Shown: positions 40,311-50,477 of the stretch, one piece after another
Layout: every line of letters begins with the position of its first letter
How positions within the stretch are numbered: the first letter of the stretch is position 1
Assembly: GCA_903901345.1 (NCBI GenBank)
Contig: CAIUQQ010000330.1
Coordinates: 1-55,110 of the forward strand
Direction of reading: 5' to 3'
Length of the DNA: 55,110 nucleotides
Source of the DNA: an uncultured Bacteroidota bacterium
GTDB taxonomy: Bacteria; Bacteroidota; Bacteroidia; UKL13-3
Notes under the pieces: generated by a model
Told to the model about the DNA's origin: nothing
What the model saw: only the letters and a program-made list of their open reading frames with translations
Databases searched by the model: none
Made by a program: the position numbers and the translations under genes

Positions 40311-41409
40311 TTACAGGAGTTGATTTGGTTGTTGACTGAAAACCAGAACCAGTTTTTTGTCCATTTTGGTAAACATTCATTGGATTAGCAGCAGGTGCAG
40401 CCATGGGAGCAAACCACATTGATTCACCGCCTTGACCTTTATTGCCTCCAACCATGTAGGTGTCTCCAATTGCAAAACCAATCATCGGATATGCAGACCT
40501 TGCTATATTTGTTTCTCTTACATTTGGAAAAAACGAGGGAAATGCAGAAGTGGATTGTCCTGCTACATCAACATTCTTGAAATTCGGTAAATCAGATATA
40601 GTTCTTGCAAAAGAACCTTGCCATTGACCACTTGTGCTTAATTCATTTCCTGTATTGCATCCGTAAAAAGTCATGCTTGCATCGTTTTGTTTCCAATTAA
40701 AATCAATGTCGCCCCAACCTTTAGGACTCAATTGGCTTGAACCTATGGCATTTGCACTTGTTGGAACAGTTCCAATTGGGCCTTGTCTTGCGGCATGTGA
40801 CCAAACACCAACTTCCGTAGTTGCTCCGTATTGTTTACTGTATGTGCTTACAGTAGTTTCAACCATTGTTTTTATTTGAGCCATATCAGTAACTTGCAGA
40901 ACTACAACTTTGTCTTTAGCAGGGTCAAAAAATTTACTCCCTTCTATGTTTCGTTGCCTTGTTTGAGCTGCTGCATTAAACATTGCGTCTCCATGCCCGT
41001 TTCCTGTTGTTGCAAAGAGAATATAAATATCTCTACCATCAGGGTCAACTGCTCTTGTTGGCATATTTCCAACAAAGTTATATGGGCTCATTCCTGGATA
41101 ATCTTTTGCATGTGGGTCTGTGCTTAAAAAACGAAGCACAAAAGTTGGAAGCAAACTATCTGTTTTGTAAATAACATTATTGTGGTCAATGTATTCTATT
41201 AACTGTGTTTTTGTATTAAAAGCAATAGTCTTTAACTTTTGTGTTGTATCATTTGTATTAAGAAACAAATATTGCTTTCCGCTTTCTTCTTCGGGAGTTT
41301 TTAAAACTTTACCTTGATAACCGAAAACAGAATATGGGTTATCATTTTGAGCATGAGTTTTGGCGAAGCCAAAACATAATGCAACTAAAATTATTACTGC
41401 TTTTTTCAT
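40303..41409 (-). CDS. Secreted protein with minimal RHS-associated core motif and toxin-like C-terminal domain
   Basis: Signal peptide; RFLSTDP......SPYNFVGNMPTRAVDPDG; downstream WSHA...FYGCNTG. Confidence 0.75.
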   Translation of the reverse strand: MKKAVIILVALCFGFAKTHAQNDNPYSVFGYQGKVLKTPEEESGKQYLFLNTNDTTQKLKTIAFNTKTQLIEYIDHNNVIYKTDSLLPTFVLRFLSTDPHAKDYPGMSPYNFVGNMPTRAVDPDGRDIYILFATTGNGHGDAMFNAAAQTRQRNIEGSKFFDPAKDKVVVLQVTDMAQIKTMVETTVSTYSKQYGATTEVGVWSHAARQGPIGTVPTSANAIGSSQLSPKGWGDIDFNWKQNDASMTFYGCNTGNELSTSGQWQGSFARTISDLPNFKNVDVAGQSTSAFPSFFPNVRETNIARSAYPMIGFAIGDTYMVGGNKGQGGESMWFAPMAAPAANPMNVYQNGQKTGSGFQSTTKSTPVNE

Positions 41410-41421
41410 GTTGCTAATTTA

Positions 41422-42588
41422 TTAGTTTTTATTATTGGTTGTTGTATTTTGTTTTTCAATTTCAACAGATTTTATCCATTGTTCATATAAATCTTGAGGC
41501 ATTTCTCGGTAGCCAAGGTCTTTTATTTGTTTGTCTAATGCTTTAAACTGCTTGTGTGTTGCAATCATTTCAGGTGTGTCTTTTTTTAATCCTTTTTTCT
41601 TTGCGTCCGCTTGTTGCTTTTTACCAATAAATTGTAAGCAATTTTGCTTTGTCATAATAGCTGTAATGCTTGTTGGGTAATGTTTAAGTACAGTGTTACA
41701 ACATTTTAAAACGAAATTATCATAGCCATTGTCTTGTTGATAGCCCATCGCTAAATCCCAAAGGCATAAAGCAACCGATTCTTTTTCTGATAAACCGTCC
41801 ATATAAATCCCTTTCTTTATTGCTTCTGCCGAAATTCCCATTGAAGAAATCATCCAAGCATCGCTTGAAAGGTGTCCGTTTGTAAGTTCAACATTTACCC
41901 ACTTTCCTTTCTCGTCAATATGTTTAATATACATGTGATTTGGGGCAATTGCTAAAAATGATTCGGCTTTAAGTTCGTTTGAAAGTAATTTATAGTAGTA
42001 TGGAAGTCCGTGGCAGTTGCCCGTTTTTGTTTTCATTACTTTGGTTACAAACATGCTTGTCCAGTCTTTGTCGCCTAAAAAGTCGTTGAAATCGTATTTG
42101 AAAACTTGATTGTCATTGAGGTAAGAAGGCTCATACATGTAACTGAAAATTGCATATTGTGCTGCTGTCTTGTAGGAAGCAATTCCTTTTTTGTTTATGT
42201 AGTCGGTTAGCTTTTGAGCAACGGTTGTAAAATGATTTGAAAACTCGGAATAGTTCAATGTCCCTTTTAAATAAGTGTTTTCGTAAATAAAAACAGAACG
42301 TTTGAAGTCTAAAGGCTTTTTGCCTTCTAACATGTCAACGTATTGTTGATATGCACATTCATAAGTAAAGCAGTCAGCCGAATTACTTGATTTTGTAGCC
42401 TTATTTGTGTCGGTAGGAACTGTTACTGTTGGTTGCTCCTTTTCAAATGTCTGCAAACTAGCAGATGTAAATTTGGGTGCTGGGTCATTCAGAACTTGTC
42501 TTGACTTTCCTGTCCCCAAGAAAAAAGCTGTCGCCCCGAACGCTACTGTCAAGGTCGTAACACTTAAAATTAAAATTGTTTTCTTCAT
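41422..42588 (-). CDS. Exported protein with transglutaminase-like (SirB1-type) Cys-His-acid core
   Basis: N-terminal hydrophobic segment; GNCHGLPYYY, APNHMYI, NVELT; helical C-terminus. Confidence 0.65.
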   Translation of the reverse strand: MKKTILILSVTTLTVAFGATAFFLGTGKSRQVLNDPAPKFTSASLQTFEKEQPTVTVPTDTNKATKSSNSADCFTYECAYQQYVDMLEGKKPLDFKRSVFIYENTYLKGTLNYSEFSNHFTTVAQKLTDYINKKGIASYKTAAQYAIFSYMYEPSYLNDNQVFKYDFNDFLGDKDWTSMFVTKVMKTKTGNCHGLPYYYKLLSNELKAESFLAIAPNHMYIKHIDEKGKWVNVELTNGHLSSDAWMISSMGISAEAIKKGIYMDGLSEKESVALCLWDLAMGYQQDNGYDNFVLKCCNTVLKHYPTSITAIMTKQNCLQFIGKKQQADAKKKGLKKDTPEMIATHKQFKALDKQIKDLGYREMPQDLYEQWIKSVEIEKQNTTTNNKN

Positions 42589-42641
42589 TGTCGTTTCGTT
42601 TTACACTGTCCGTTTATGTTTAGCACTGTCGCCATAGCATG

Positions 42642-42777
42642 ACACCTAACGTTTTGTGGGTTTAAGAAGTTGGGGATTTAGGATCAGAAAACATTCAAGC
42701 TACCACAAATGCTGATGCGATGCAGGATGTTCAATTAACCACGAAGCCCGCTTTTTTGCAAAACCCATGTTATGCGT
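42642..42777 (-). repeat. attC-like palindromic site (126 bp from TAAC to GTTA)
   Basis: TAAC (42647)-GTTTT-GTGGGTTT...GGG...CCC...AAACCCAT-GTTA (42772). Confidence 0.8.
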
Positions 42778-43322
42778 TGGCTTTCTCTCCTCGTCAAGTG
42801 TCTGCTGTATGTGATATTCTTGTTCCATTTATTTGTTTGTAAATATATAAATAATTTATCTAAGGGCAATGTGCTTGGGGTGTTACTCATTTTTAGAAGC
42901 GTTTGGCAAAAAGCCAATAAAAAATGCCGTTGAGTTGGGGTAGGGTTGCAAAAATCAAGCTCTTTGCACAGCTTTGGTTGTGCTGTTGGTTCGTGTGACT
43001 GGGCAATGTGCTTAATTTTAGTTTTGGCATGGGTAGCCTTTCTTTAATTTGTCAATTAGTATAAAATTGTCTATGAAAAAACAATGTAAATATAATATTA
43101 CTATTTGTCTTACTGCGTATAGTTTTCTGTCTGCGGATGAGGGGTTTCCTAAAGCGGTTTTATCGTTTCCGTCTGCGGATAATAGATTTGCCAGCTGCGG
43201 CTGAATAATAAAATTGGGCGGTTATCCTTCGACAAGCTCAGGATAAATAGTTTCTTGAAGCGGTTGCCCCGTGTCAAGATGCGGATGATTAATTTTTCTG
43301 TTCGGAAGGATAAAAACTTTAT

Positions 43323-44267
43323 TTATTCTTTAATAAACTTACTCGTATATTTTATGTCTTCATCAATCAATTCAATAAAATATAAGCCCTGTCTTAATTC
43401 TGAAATGTCAATTTGTATATCTTGGCTATTATTAAAGATAGATTGCTTTTCTAATTGTCCCGGCAAGCTATAAATATTTATTTTTAGGGAACTAAAATAA
43501 TTATCCAAACTTATACTTAACTTGTCTTTAGTTGGGTTGGGGTAAATAGCAATTGAATTTTGGTTAACTAAATCCATAACTCCAACATTATCAAAATCGC
43601 AAGGTTTATTTGGATTAGCAAAATTTGATTTAAAGTTGTAATTATTTGAACTGTAACACCGAAGATAGTCTCCACCTTCAGGTATAGCCAATTGCTCAGT
43701 AAGTACTAATAAATCTCTATTATTATCATTGTTGGTATTTATTAAATTTTCAGTATAATAGCCAAAAGGTGAACTATTGCTATAAGGTATTTTATTTTTT
43801 TCAGTTATTGAAAAACTAAAAACTTTTAAACTATCGTTATTCAATACATTTAGCTTTTTATATTCAATTTTTGTGATTTTTACATTAATCTTGATAATGG
43901 TATCTTTATGAATTAAATTTGAATTTGAAAAAAAGCAATCAATTGATATTGTATCATTTATTTTGCAATTTGTTTTAAATAAAGTATTTTTATTTGAGTT
44001 TCTCCAATAGTAAATATAATTCGTATCTTTATTTAGAAATATTGTCCTATCCGTATTATCGTCTTTGGCTAAATAGACGATTTTACTATAAATAATGCTA
44101 TTAATTGTTGTGTCTAAAAGACAAGTATAGGAATAAACCCCTTCAATACTTGTAATACCGCTTGAAGACCTCAGCCCATAATACCACCTTGAACCTACAG
44201 ATGCAAATTGAGCTCTTAACAATGAAGCAAAGAGCAAAGCAAAAATTAAAATATTGTATTTTTTCAT
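43323..44267 (-). CDS. T9SS type A sorting domain protein
   Basis: Signal peptide; IYPNPT...IDISELRQGLYFI...KFIKE. Confidence 0.88.
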   Translation of the reverse strand: MKKYNILIFALLFASLLRAQFASVGSRWYYGLRSSSGITSIEGVYSYTCLLDTTINSIIYSKIVYLAKDDNTDRTIFLNKDTNYIYYWRNSNKNTLFKTNCKINDTISIDCFFSNSNLIHKDTIIKINVKITKIEYKKLNVLNNDSLKVFSFSITEKNKIPYSNSSPFGYYTENLINTNNDNNRDLLVLTEQLAIPEGGDYLRCYSSNNYNFKSNFANPNKPCDFDNVGVMDLVNQNSIAIYPNPTKDKLSISLDNYFSSLKINIYSLPGQLEKQSIFNNSQDIQIDISELRQGLYFIELIDEDIKYTSKFIKE

Positions 44268-45796
44268 AAGAGTATCATTTTTTTATAGAAAGTACCTTTA
44301 TTGTTTTTAATAACTAAAAAAGCAGCACCCGAATAGTTAAAAGTATTTTGAATAGTAATATTTGTTTGATTTGCTTTTAAGTTTTGATAATATAATTCTT
44401 TACCCAAAGCATCAAATATATAAATTTCGTTTGATGAATTAAATAAACTTTGGTTTTTAAAACTAATGGTAAATGATTCTTTTGCAGGATTTGGGTAAAC
44501 TTCTAGTTGTGAGTTGTCATTTAAAATATGTTCTATACCGCCATAAACATTGGGTTTGCAGCCAGGGATAATGCAACCGTTTGTGTCAACTTTTAGTAAC
44601 CAAGCATCGCCTTCAATAGTACCTGTAGAATCAAATTCTTTTATACGATTTTGATTTACTGAAACACCACAGAACAAAAATCCATTATCTATTTTGTAAA
44701 AGTTATGTACTTCGTTATATAAGAAATAATGTTTGTATAAGTGATACCACTCTATCACTCCATTTTCTGGCGATATTTTGCTAAATTGAACAAGCCTTGA
44801 CATTGTATCGTTGACAAAAGTATCGACATCTGCTGTAGCATATAAAGCATTTTTATAAGTTATCATTTTTCTAAATTCATAACTTTGGTATTTATCATAT
44901 ATTTTTTCAAATTTCATATTGCCATTTTCATCTGATACATTTAGGTACGCAAATGTAGCCGTTGCTTTTTGGTAGTTAGATGTAAAACCATAATTGTAAT
45001 AATAGTTATTTATTTTAACACCATTATTTAAATAACCACTAAAATAATATTTTGAAGTATCTGTATAATCATTCTGCCAAAGGATATTGCCATTATTGTC
45101 AATACCTGCATGTGTTATTCTTTGTTGCCCTTCAAAACCTTTTTCCCCAGCTATCAAATAACCATAATTTGTTTTTAACACAGAAGTATAACGACACTGA
45201 AAAGGATATACTTTAAGCCATTTTATATTGAAATCAAAATCAAATAAAGCCACAAAAGCAGGAGAATAAACATAGCTGCCTGTATCGCCTGTAATTATGT
45301 ATCCCTCGTCAGTTTTTAAACAGCTATAAAGTAAATATTTTCTGTAAGGAAAATCTAATTTCTTTACTGTATAATTTTGCCAATTATTACTTGTTGAAAC
45401 CAAAGCATAATATCTTTGTTTATATATACTTAGATAATCGTTATAGGCAGTGTCTAATACTGTGGCGCACATAAACCGATTGTTCTCAATTTCAAAAGGT
45501 ATTCCATAAGTGCTATATATATCCCAATAGTTTTTATGTAAACGACTTACTTCTATTAAAGTAGCATTTTTTAAACAAACTTTATGAAGTAGTATGCGAG
45601 AATAATAATTTGAATCCTTTGCAGTGTCATCAAATACAGTTGTTAATAAAAAAATAGTATCAGAAGAATTGTCAGAATAAATATGAGTGGATGATTTACC
45701 CCCTTTTTCAAAATTAAATAGTGTATCTAAATTAGTTTGCGAGTATAGTGTATATGAGCATGTGCTGAATAAAATAAACAGTAATAAGTATTTCAT
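44264..45796 (-). CDS. T9SS type A sorting domain protein (beta-propeller-like)
   Basis: Signal peptide; D.NGNI.W repeats; DAWLLKVDTNGC; VYPNPA. Confidence 0.88.
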   Translation of the reverse strand: MKYLLLFILFSTCSYTLYSQTNLDTLFNFEKGGKSSTHIYSDNSSDTIFLLTTVFDDTAKDSNYYSRILLHKVCLKNATLIEVSRLHKNYWDIYSTYGIPFEIENNRFMCATVLDTAYNDYLSIYKQRYYALVSTSNNWQNYTVKKLDFPYRKYLLYSCLKTDEGYIITGDTGSYVYSPAFVALFDFDFNIKWLKVYPFQCRYTSVLKTNYGYLIAGEKGFEGQQRITHAGIDNNGNILWQNDYTDTSKYYFSGYLNNGVKINNYYYNYGFTSNYQKATATFAYLNVSDENGNMKFEKIYDKYQSYEFRKMITYKNALYATADVDTFVNDTMSRLVQFSKISPENGVIEWYHLYKHYFLYNEVHNFYKIDNGFLFCGVSVNQNRIKEFDSTGTIEGDAWLLKVDTNGCIIPGCKPNVYGGIEHILNDNSQLEVYPNPAKESFTISFKNQSLFNSSNEIYIFDALGKELYYQNLKANQTNITIQNTFNYSGAAFLVIKNNKGTFYKKMILL

Positions 45797-45810
45797 TTGG
45801 AGAAAATTAA

Positions 45811-45844
45811 ACCGTTCCTTTTGAAAAATTTCAAAAGGAACGGT
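45811..45844. terminator. Intergenic hairpin
   Basis: ACCGTTCCTTTTGAA-AAAT-TTCAAAAGGAACGGT. Confidence 0.55.
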
Positions 45845-45856
45845 AAGTTAGAATTA

Positions 45857-46351
45857 CTATTTATTTACTACTAATTTCTTAACCGAAATCAAATTGTCAT
45901 CTGCTCTTAGCTCTATAAAATATACACCAGCATTTAAAGATTGTAAGTCTATTTCATATTGACCACTCATTTGTTTTAGTTCAATTGCTTTAATAATTGC
46001 ACCTGTAATTGATGTAACAACTATTTTAGCCGATTTATATGGTTTCACAAATAAATAATCACAAGTGGCAAAATTTGTTGCAGGATTAGGATATAAATTT
46101 AGTAAATTATTGTTAGAAGTTGAATTTTTTGTTTCGCTAACGGTGGTTAATTCACTACCTCGTTTGCCCAAACTACTTTCAATTAATACAGGTCTTTCTA
46201 CATAAAATTCATTAAATACCATACCTAATATAGCCTTAGCATAATATGATGTCGTGGTGCTACTTGTTGCTATGTTTCTGACATTTTGTTCCTGACTTGA
46301 GCTTAATTGAAAAACATTTTTGTTTGCTTTTTTCAAATCTAAAAGCTTCAT
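45857..46351 (-). pseudogene. 3' fragment of a T9SS type A gene; its apparent ATG lies within an attC-like remnant
   Basis: No signal peptide; LYPNPA...GVYFI CTD; the start codon abuts the half site at 46343-46394. Confidence 0.65.
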
Positions 46352-46394
46352 TTAACCACTGAACCGCCAATTTCTTGTAGGTGCTGTTAGCGGT
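46343..46394 (-). repeat. Half attC-like site (one arm only)
   Basis: TTAACCAC...CCGCCAATTTCTTGTAGGTGCT-GTTAGCGGT, homologous to the right arms of the other sites; no partner arm. Confidence 0.75.
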
Positions 46395-46417
46395 TCGTTG
46401 TTTTTTGTCGTCAGTTT

Positions 46418-46996
46418 TCATTTAAGGTTTTCTCCCAATTTTTCAATTTTGTCTAACCATTTTTTTCGTAAGGAAAGTTCTGTGTTTTTTATTGGTCCAA
46501 CATAAGTTACCTTAACTGGCTTTATTCCACAAAATTCCAAAGTGGATTTCTTTAACTGGTTAACGCTTGGTCGCCCAAATGCAAACCAATAATACCAAGA
46601 AGGTTGGTCAAGGGTTGTAATAATATGAGCCGTCCTACCTGCTAATAGTTTGTCCCACCACACAGAATTTTCACGATACTGAAATGCAAAGCCCGGTAAA
46701 AAAAGCCTGTCAATAAAACCCTTTGTTACGGCTGGAAGTCCACCCCACCAAACAGGATGAACCCAAACTAAATGGTCAGCCCATTTGATTTTTTCCCAAG
46801 CATCTAATAAGTCAGGTTCTAATTCTGTTCTTTTTTGGTAACCAAATTGCAAGTTTGGATTGAAAACTAAATCTTTAATCACAATCTCCTTAATATCTGC
46901 TCCTGAAGTTAATGCACCTTTTTTGTATGCTTCGAAAAGTCCAAAATTATAACTATCACTGTTTGGGTGTCCGTTTATGATGAGTATATTTTTCAT
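46418..46996 (-). CDS. NAD(P)H-dependent oxidoreductase (flavodoxin-2 / quinone reductase family), single-gene cassette
   Basis: ILIINGHP, ADHLVWVHPVWWGGLPA..KGFIDR, GFAF. Confidence 0.92.
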   Translation of the reverse strand: MKNILIINGHPNSDSYNFGLFEAYKKGALTSGADIKEIVIKDLVFNPNLQFGYQKRTELEPDLLDAWEKIKWADHLVWVHPVWWGGLPAVTKGFIDRLFLPGFAFQYRENSVWWDKLLAGRTAHIITTLDQPSWYYWFAFGRPSVNQLKKSTLEFCGIKPVKVTYVGPIKNTELSLRKKWLDKIEKLGENLK

Positions 46997-47053
46997 TAAA
47001 TGTATTTAGATTATTTGTCTGTTAAATGTTTACTCTGTCGTCTTTTTACAATG

Positions 47054-47189
47054 ACCGCTAACGGTTTGCAGCTACCCGAAGGGCGGGACTTTTACCACAA
47101 AACTTGATTTGAAAAACTAAAGTTTGATTAACCACAAAACTGTCTTTGGAACACGAAACCCCGCCTTTTGGGTAGGTGCTGTTACAAGC
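47054..47189 (-). repeat. Intact attC-like palindromic site (126 bp from TAAC to GTTA)
   Basis: TAAC (47059)-GGTTT-GCAGCTACCCGAAGGGCGGG...CCCGCCTTTTGGGTAGGTGC-T-GTTA (47184). Confidence 0.88.
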
Positions 47190-47328
47190 TGCCCTTCTTT
47201 CGGTCGTGGTTTGTCTGTCCGCTGTGTTGCTCTGTCTGTGCGGTTGGAAAGGCATACTCTTTTGCAAGCTTTGGCTCGTGGGCTGGCTTGTGTGGCTTGC
47301 AAATGTGTATGACTTTAGCGTTGGCATT

Positions 47329-48990
47329 TTATACTGTCAATTTTTTAATGAGTTCAATTAATTTGGTCATTTGAGTTTTGCCTTCGCTGTCGTCATGCAG
47401 GTTGATTAGTTTAGCTGTCTCCCTTGCTATTAAGTTTTTTGAACTGCTACCAAGTGTTTCAATTGTTTGTTTTTCAATGTCGGCATAGTCTGTAAACGAA
47501 GCTCTCATTGTTGTTTCAAAGTCTGTCCCGAATACACAGAAACGGTCAGAGATTGCCCAAGTGTCAATTCCTAAAATTCCGTCCAGTTCTTCGTCTTTGA
47601 TACCAATTGCTTTTAATGCGTCCTTACGTTTAAAACCTTTTTCATCATCCTTTTTATAGTCGTTGTCAAAGCAAATGAAAGTTGGTATTTGATATAAAGT
47701 AAAAAGTCGCCACCATTTTGCAAGATTACCTTTACCGCCAACTCCTATAATTTCAATTCCAAATTCTGTTGGGTCAAAACCAAGTTTTTCAAAATAAATT
47801 GGCAAAGCCAATTCCTCTGTTGGACCTTCAACAAGGACAATTTTATTTGCGAAAAAACCCGATAAAATATGCGATGTAGAATTGTTTGCATAAAATGGCA
47901 CAATGGTTTCTTCCTTTGTCTTGTGTGGATTAGATGCAGTTTTAAGGCAATGGTTATATAATGTAGTAGCGTTTTGGTTTATGTTTAAAGTAGTTTCGGA
48001 ATCTTTGCGAATGAGATTAATACCTTCAATATAATTCAAGTCCACAAAATAAGGGCTGTGTGTTGTTAAGATGATTTGCAAACCATCTTCTGCCATTTTA
48101 AACATCTTTTTTGCTAACCATTTTTGAGCCAAAGGATGCAAATGGGCTTCGGGTTCATCAAGAATAAATAATAAGCCTTGACCTAAAAATGATTTAGCGT
48201 AAGCATGAGCAAAAGACAAAGCCAAAATTTGTTGCTGTCCTGTTCCTAATTCTTCGTAGGCTCTTGTTTCGCCATCTTCGGTAGGGTGGACACGTAAAGT
48301 TTTAAAGTAGTTACTTGGGTCGTATGCCGAAAAATCAAATGCCAAAGCATGGGTCATGTTAGACAAAACTGTATTAGCAATTGAAGACATATTTTCGCTG
48401 AAAACATTAAACTCCTTCACTTCCATGAATGTAGTTTTAATACTTTCAAAAAATCCTTTTAGTTTTTCAACTCTGGCTTTATCGTCTGTTAGCTTGTCGT
48501 GAAAGGCTTTTGTAACTTTTGACAACAACGTGTATTTTGAAGAATAGCTAAGTTGAAAGTTTAAATTTTGTTCTGAATTTACAACAATACAAAGAAGTTC
48601 TTCACGCAAGTTTGTACTTACATACATATTCTCTCTCCCGTCTTCTGCTTGAATTGCGTTGAAATTATTCTCTTTTCCTTTTTGTGCTTGAAATTTAAAG
48701 CCACCGCAAGAAAATTCAGAAGACCTGCCAAGCCTTGCACTAAAGCCAGTAACGGTTGCCTCAACTATTACTTGGTTATTTGTGTCTCTTTTATAATGGT
48801 CGTAATCCTCAAGTTTTTTATACTTCGGGTGAAACTCACCAAACATCAATTCAATTGCACGAATAATATTTGATTTACCTGAATTATTTTCTCCAATTAA
48901 AACCACAGGTTTGTTTTCAGGAAAGTTAATTACTACTTGCTCTGAAATTGAACGGAAACCTTCTATTGTAATTTGTTTTAGTCTTGGCAT
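47329..48990 (-). CDS. OLD-family ATP-dependent nuclease (ABC ATPase + TOPRIM)
   Basis: GFRSI, GENNSGKS, LGTGQQ, LDEPEAHLHP, TTHSP; TOPRIM VLVEGPTE, GGK, FDND. Confidence 0.9.
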   Translation of the reverse strand: MPRLKQITIEGFRSISEQVVINFPENKPVVLIGENNSGKSNIIRAIELMFGEFHPKYKKLEDYDHYKRDTNNQVIVEATVTGFSARLGRSSEFSCGGFKFQAQKGKENNFNAIQAEDGRENMYVSTNLREELLCIVVNSEQNLNFQLSYSSKYTLLSKVTKAFHDKLTDDKARVEKLKGFFESIKTTFMEVKEFNVFSENMSSIANTVLSNMTHALAFDFSAYDPSNYFKTLRVHPTEDGETRAYEELGTGQQQILALSFAHAYAKSFLGQGLLFILDEPEAHLHPLAQKWLAKKMFKMAEDGLQIILTTHSPYFVDLNYIEGINLIRKDSETTLNINQNATTLYNHCLKTASNPHKTKEETIVPFYANNSTSHILSGFFANKIVLVEGPTEELALPIYFEKLGFDPTEFGIEIIGVGGKGNLAKWWRLFTLYQIPTFICFDNDYKKDDEKGFKRKDALKAIGIKDEELDGILGIDTWAISDRFCVFGTDFETTMRASFTDYADIEKQTIETLGSSSKNLIARETAKLINLHDDSEGKTQMTKLIELIKKLTV

Positions 48991-50477
48991 TCTTCCGTTT
49001 TAGTTTCAAAAGTTTCATTGAACATTGCTTTCATTAATGTTTTGCCATGGTTGTCAAGGGTTTCAATTTCTTGACTTAATTTCAGGCATTTGTTCATTAG
49101 CAATTCAACTTTCTCAATTATTATTTTTTGTTCCTCTCTTGGTGGAAGTGCAAAAACAAAATTTCTTAAATAAGTTTGGCTAATGTTTGGTTGCGACATT
49201 CCCCAAGAATCAGAAATCATTTTTGCTCGTTGTGCCATTAAGAAATAGAACAGATATTTTGTTTCTATGAATTCATTAAAAAAGAAACCGCAAATTGCTT
49301 GGTTTGTGCTTGCATCTCTGTTTAAGATTGAAAGTTTCCCTGCCGTTGCTCCATACATTGCTATTAGTAAAGTTCCTTTTGGAAACAATGTTGCAGAAGA
49401 TTCCTTTAAACCAATTTCGGAAATTTTTTCCTCTGATTCTGCATCCAAATAAGTGTCGGTTAATTCGCCTGATTTGTACCAAGTTATGTCGCCAAACCAA
49501 TAGTTTGCATTTGCTCTTAATGGTGTGCCACCAGAAGTTGTTGAATACAACTCACCAAGTCTGCACCAAATCCAACTTTCAGGTAATTTGAACTGAATAT
49601 CTGATTCTGGAATTGGTTCAACCTCTTTTTCTTTCTTTAATTTCCCTTCTTTAACTAACTTTTGTTTTTCGGCTTTAATACGTTTTAGAAGTTCTGTTGC
49701 AGTTTCAGTAAAAGAATTTTGTTTTCTCCATTCTTTAGTGAGTTTACCATTTATAGCTTCAAGAAGAATTGATTGTTTTAATTGTGATACTAGATTTAAT
49801 TGAAAAGAACTTTCAAGTTCAATTTGTTTGCATTGTTCATAATCAGAAATAGCTTTATCTATATCTGAAATTAACTCTTCATACCCTTTGACATACTCAT
49901 TATTTGAAATTTTTATTGCATCTAGTTGTTTTTCCAAACTACATTTCGGCAGTATTAAAGATTTCAATGTATTTGCGTTTACACTAGGTCTAAATTCTCC
50001 TTCATTTAAAGAAACAATTTGTGACCAATAAACATAGCTGTTCAAAAACAGATTTAAAAACAATGGCTCGGCATCTTCATTTGCTCTGATACGAATCAAG
50101 TAGCCAGCATAAATTGAATGCTCTGGTGGGTCTGTGATTAAAAAACTTTTTCCTGTTGTTCCACCTGTCCTTGCAATTAGTAAATCATTTGTGTAAAGCA
50201 GGTATGTATCTTCGCTATCACAATCGCAGAAAGGAACTGTTTCCCAATCCACTTTCCCGTCCGTAATATCACTTATTCGCAGAAATTTATTTTTACCACT
50301 TAACAATGCAGAAGCATTATAACCGTATTGAGTGCTTTCTATTAGTGATTTTAAAGGAACAGTCTTGTTACTTTCTTCAAATAAATGACGTAAAATAATT
50401 GTATTCCTTATTTGCTTTTTTATTTCATCCTCATCTTTTTGAAAAGTAAGTGGAATGAATTTGAATTTTAAACTCAT
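48978..50477 (-). CDS. hsdS: Type I RM specificity subunit
   Basis: Two TRDs; LKQSILLEAINGKLT..WR, LPESWIWCRLGE, SGGTP, PPREEQ..I. Confidence 0.9.
   Translation of the reverse strand: MSLKFKFIPLTFQKDEDEIKKQIRNTIILRHLFEESNKTVPLKSLIESTQYGYNASALLSGKNKFLRISDITDGKVDWETVPFCDCDSEDTYLLYTNDLLIARTGGTTGKSFLITDPPEHSIYAGYLIRIRANEDAEPLFLNLFLNSYVYWSQIVSLNEGEFRPSVNANTLKSLILPKCSLEKQLDAIKISNNEYVKGYEELISDIDKAISDYEQCKQIELESSFQLNLVSQLKQSILLEAINGKLTKEWRKQNSFTETATELLKRIKAEKQKLVKEGKLKKEKEVEPIPESDIQFKLPESWIWCRLGELYSTTSGGTPLRANANYWFGDITWYKSGELTDTYLDAESEEKISEIGLKESSATLFPKGTLLIAMYGATAGKLSILNRDASTNQAICGFFFNEFIETKYLFYFLMAQRAKMISDSWGMSQPNISQTYLRNFVFALPPREEQKIIIEKVELLMNKCLKLSQEIETLDNHGKTLMKAMFNETFETKTEECQD

Noticed and set aside
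47058-47374. Short ORFs over the 47.1-47.3 kb region (also 16912..17166, 17120..17404, 42735..42917)
   Set aside because: They overlap attC-like palindromes and cassette trailers and show no protein motifs; best explained as non-coding sites.
47329-48990. Gabija or retron system
   Set aside because: No UvrD-like GajB and no reverse transcriptase next to the OLD nuclease.
48978-50477. Phase-variable hsdS shufflon
   Set aside because: Single hsdS, no silent TRD copies, no adjacent invertase and no flanking inverted repeats noticed.
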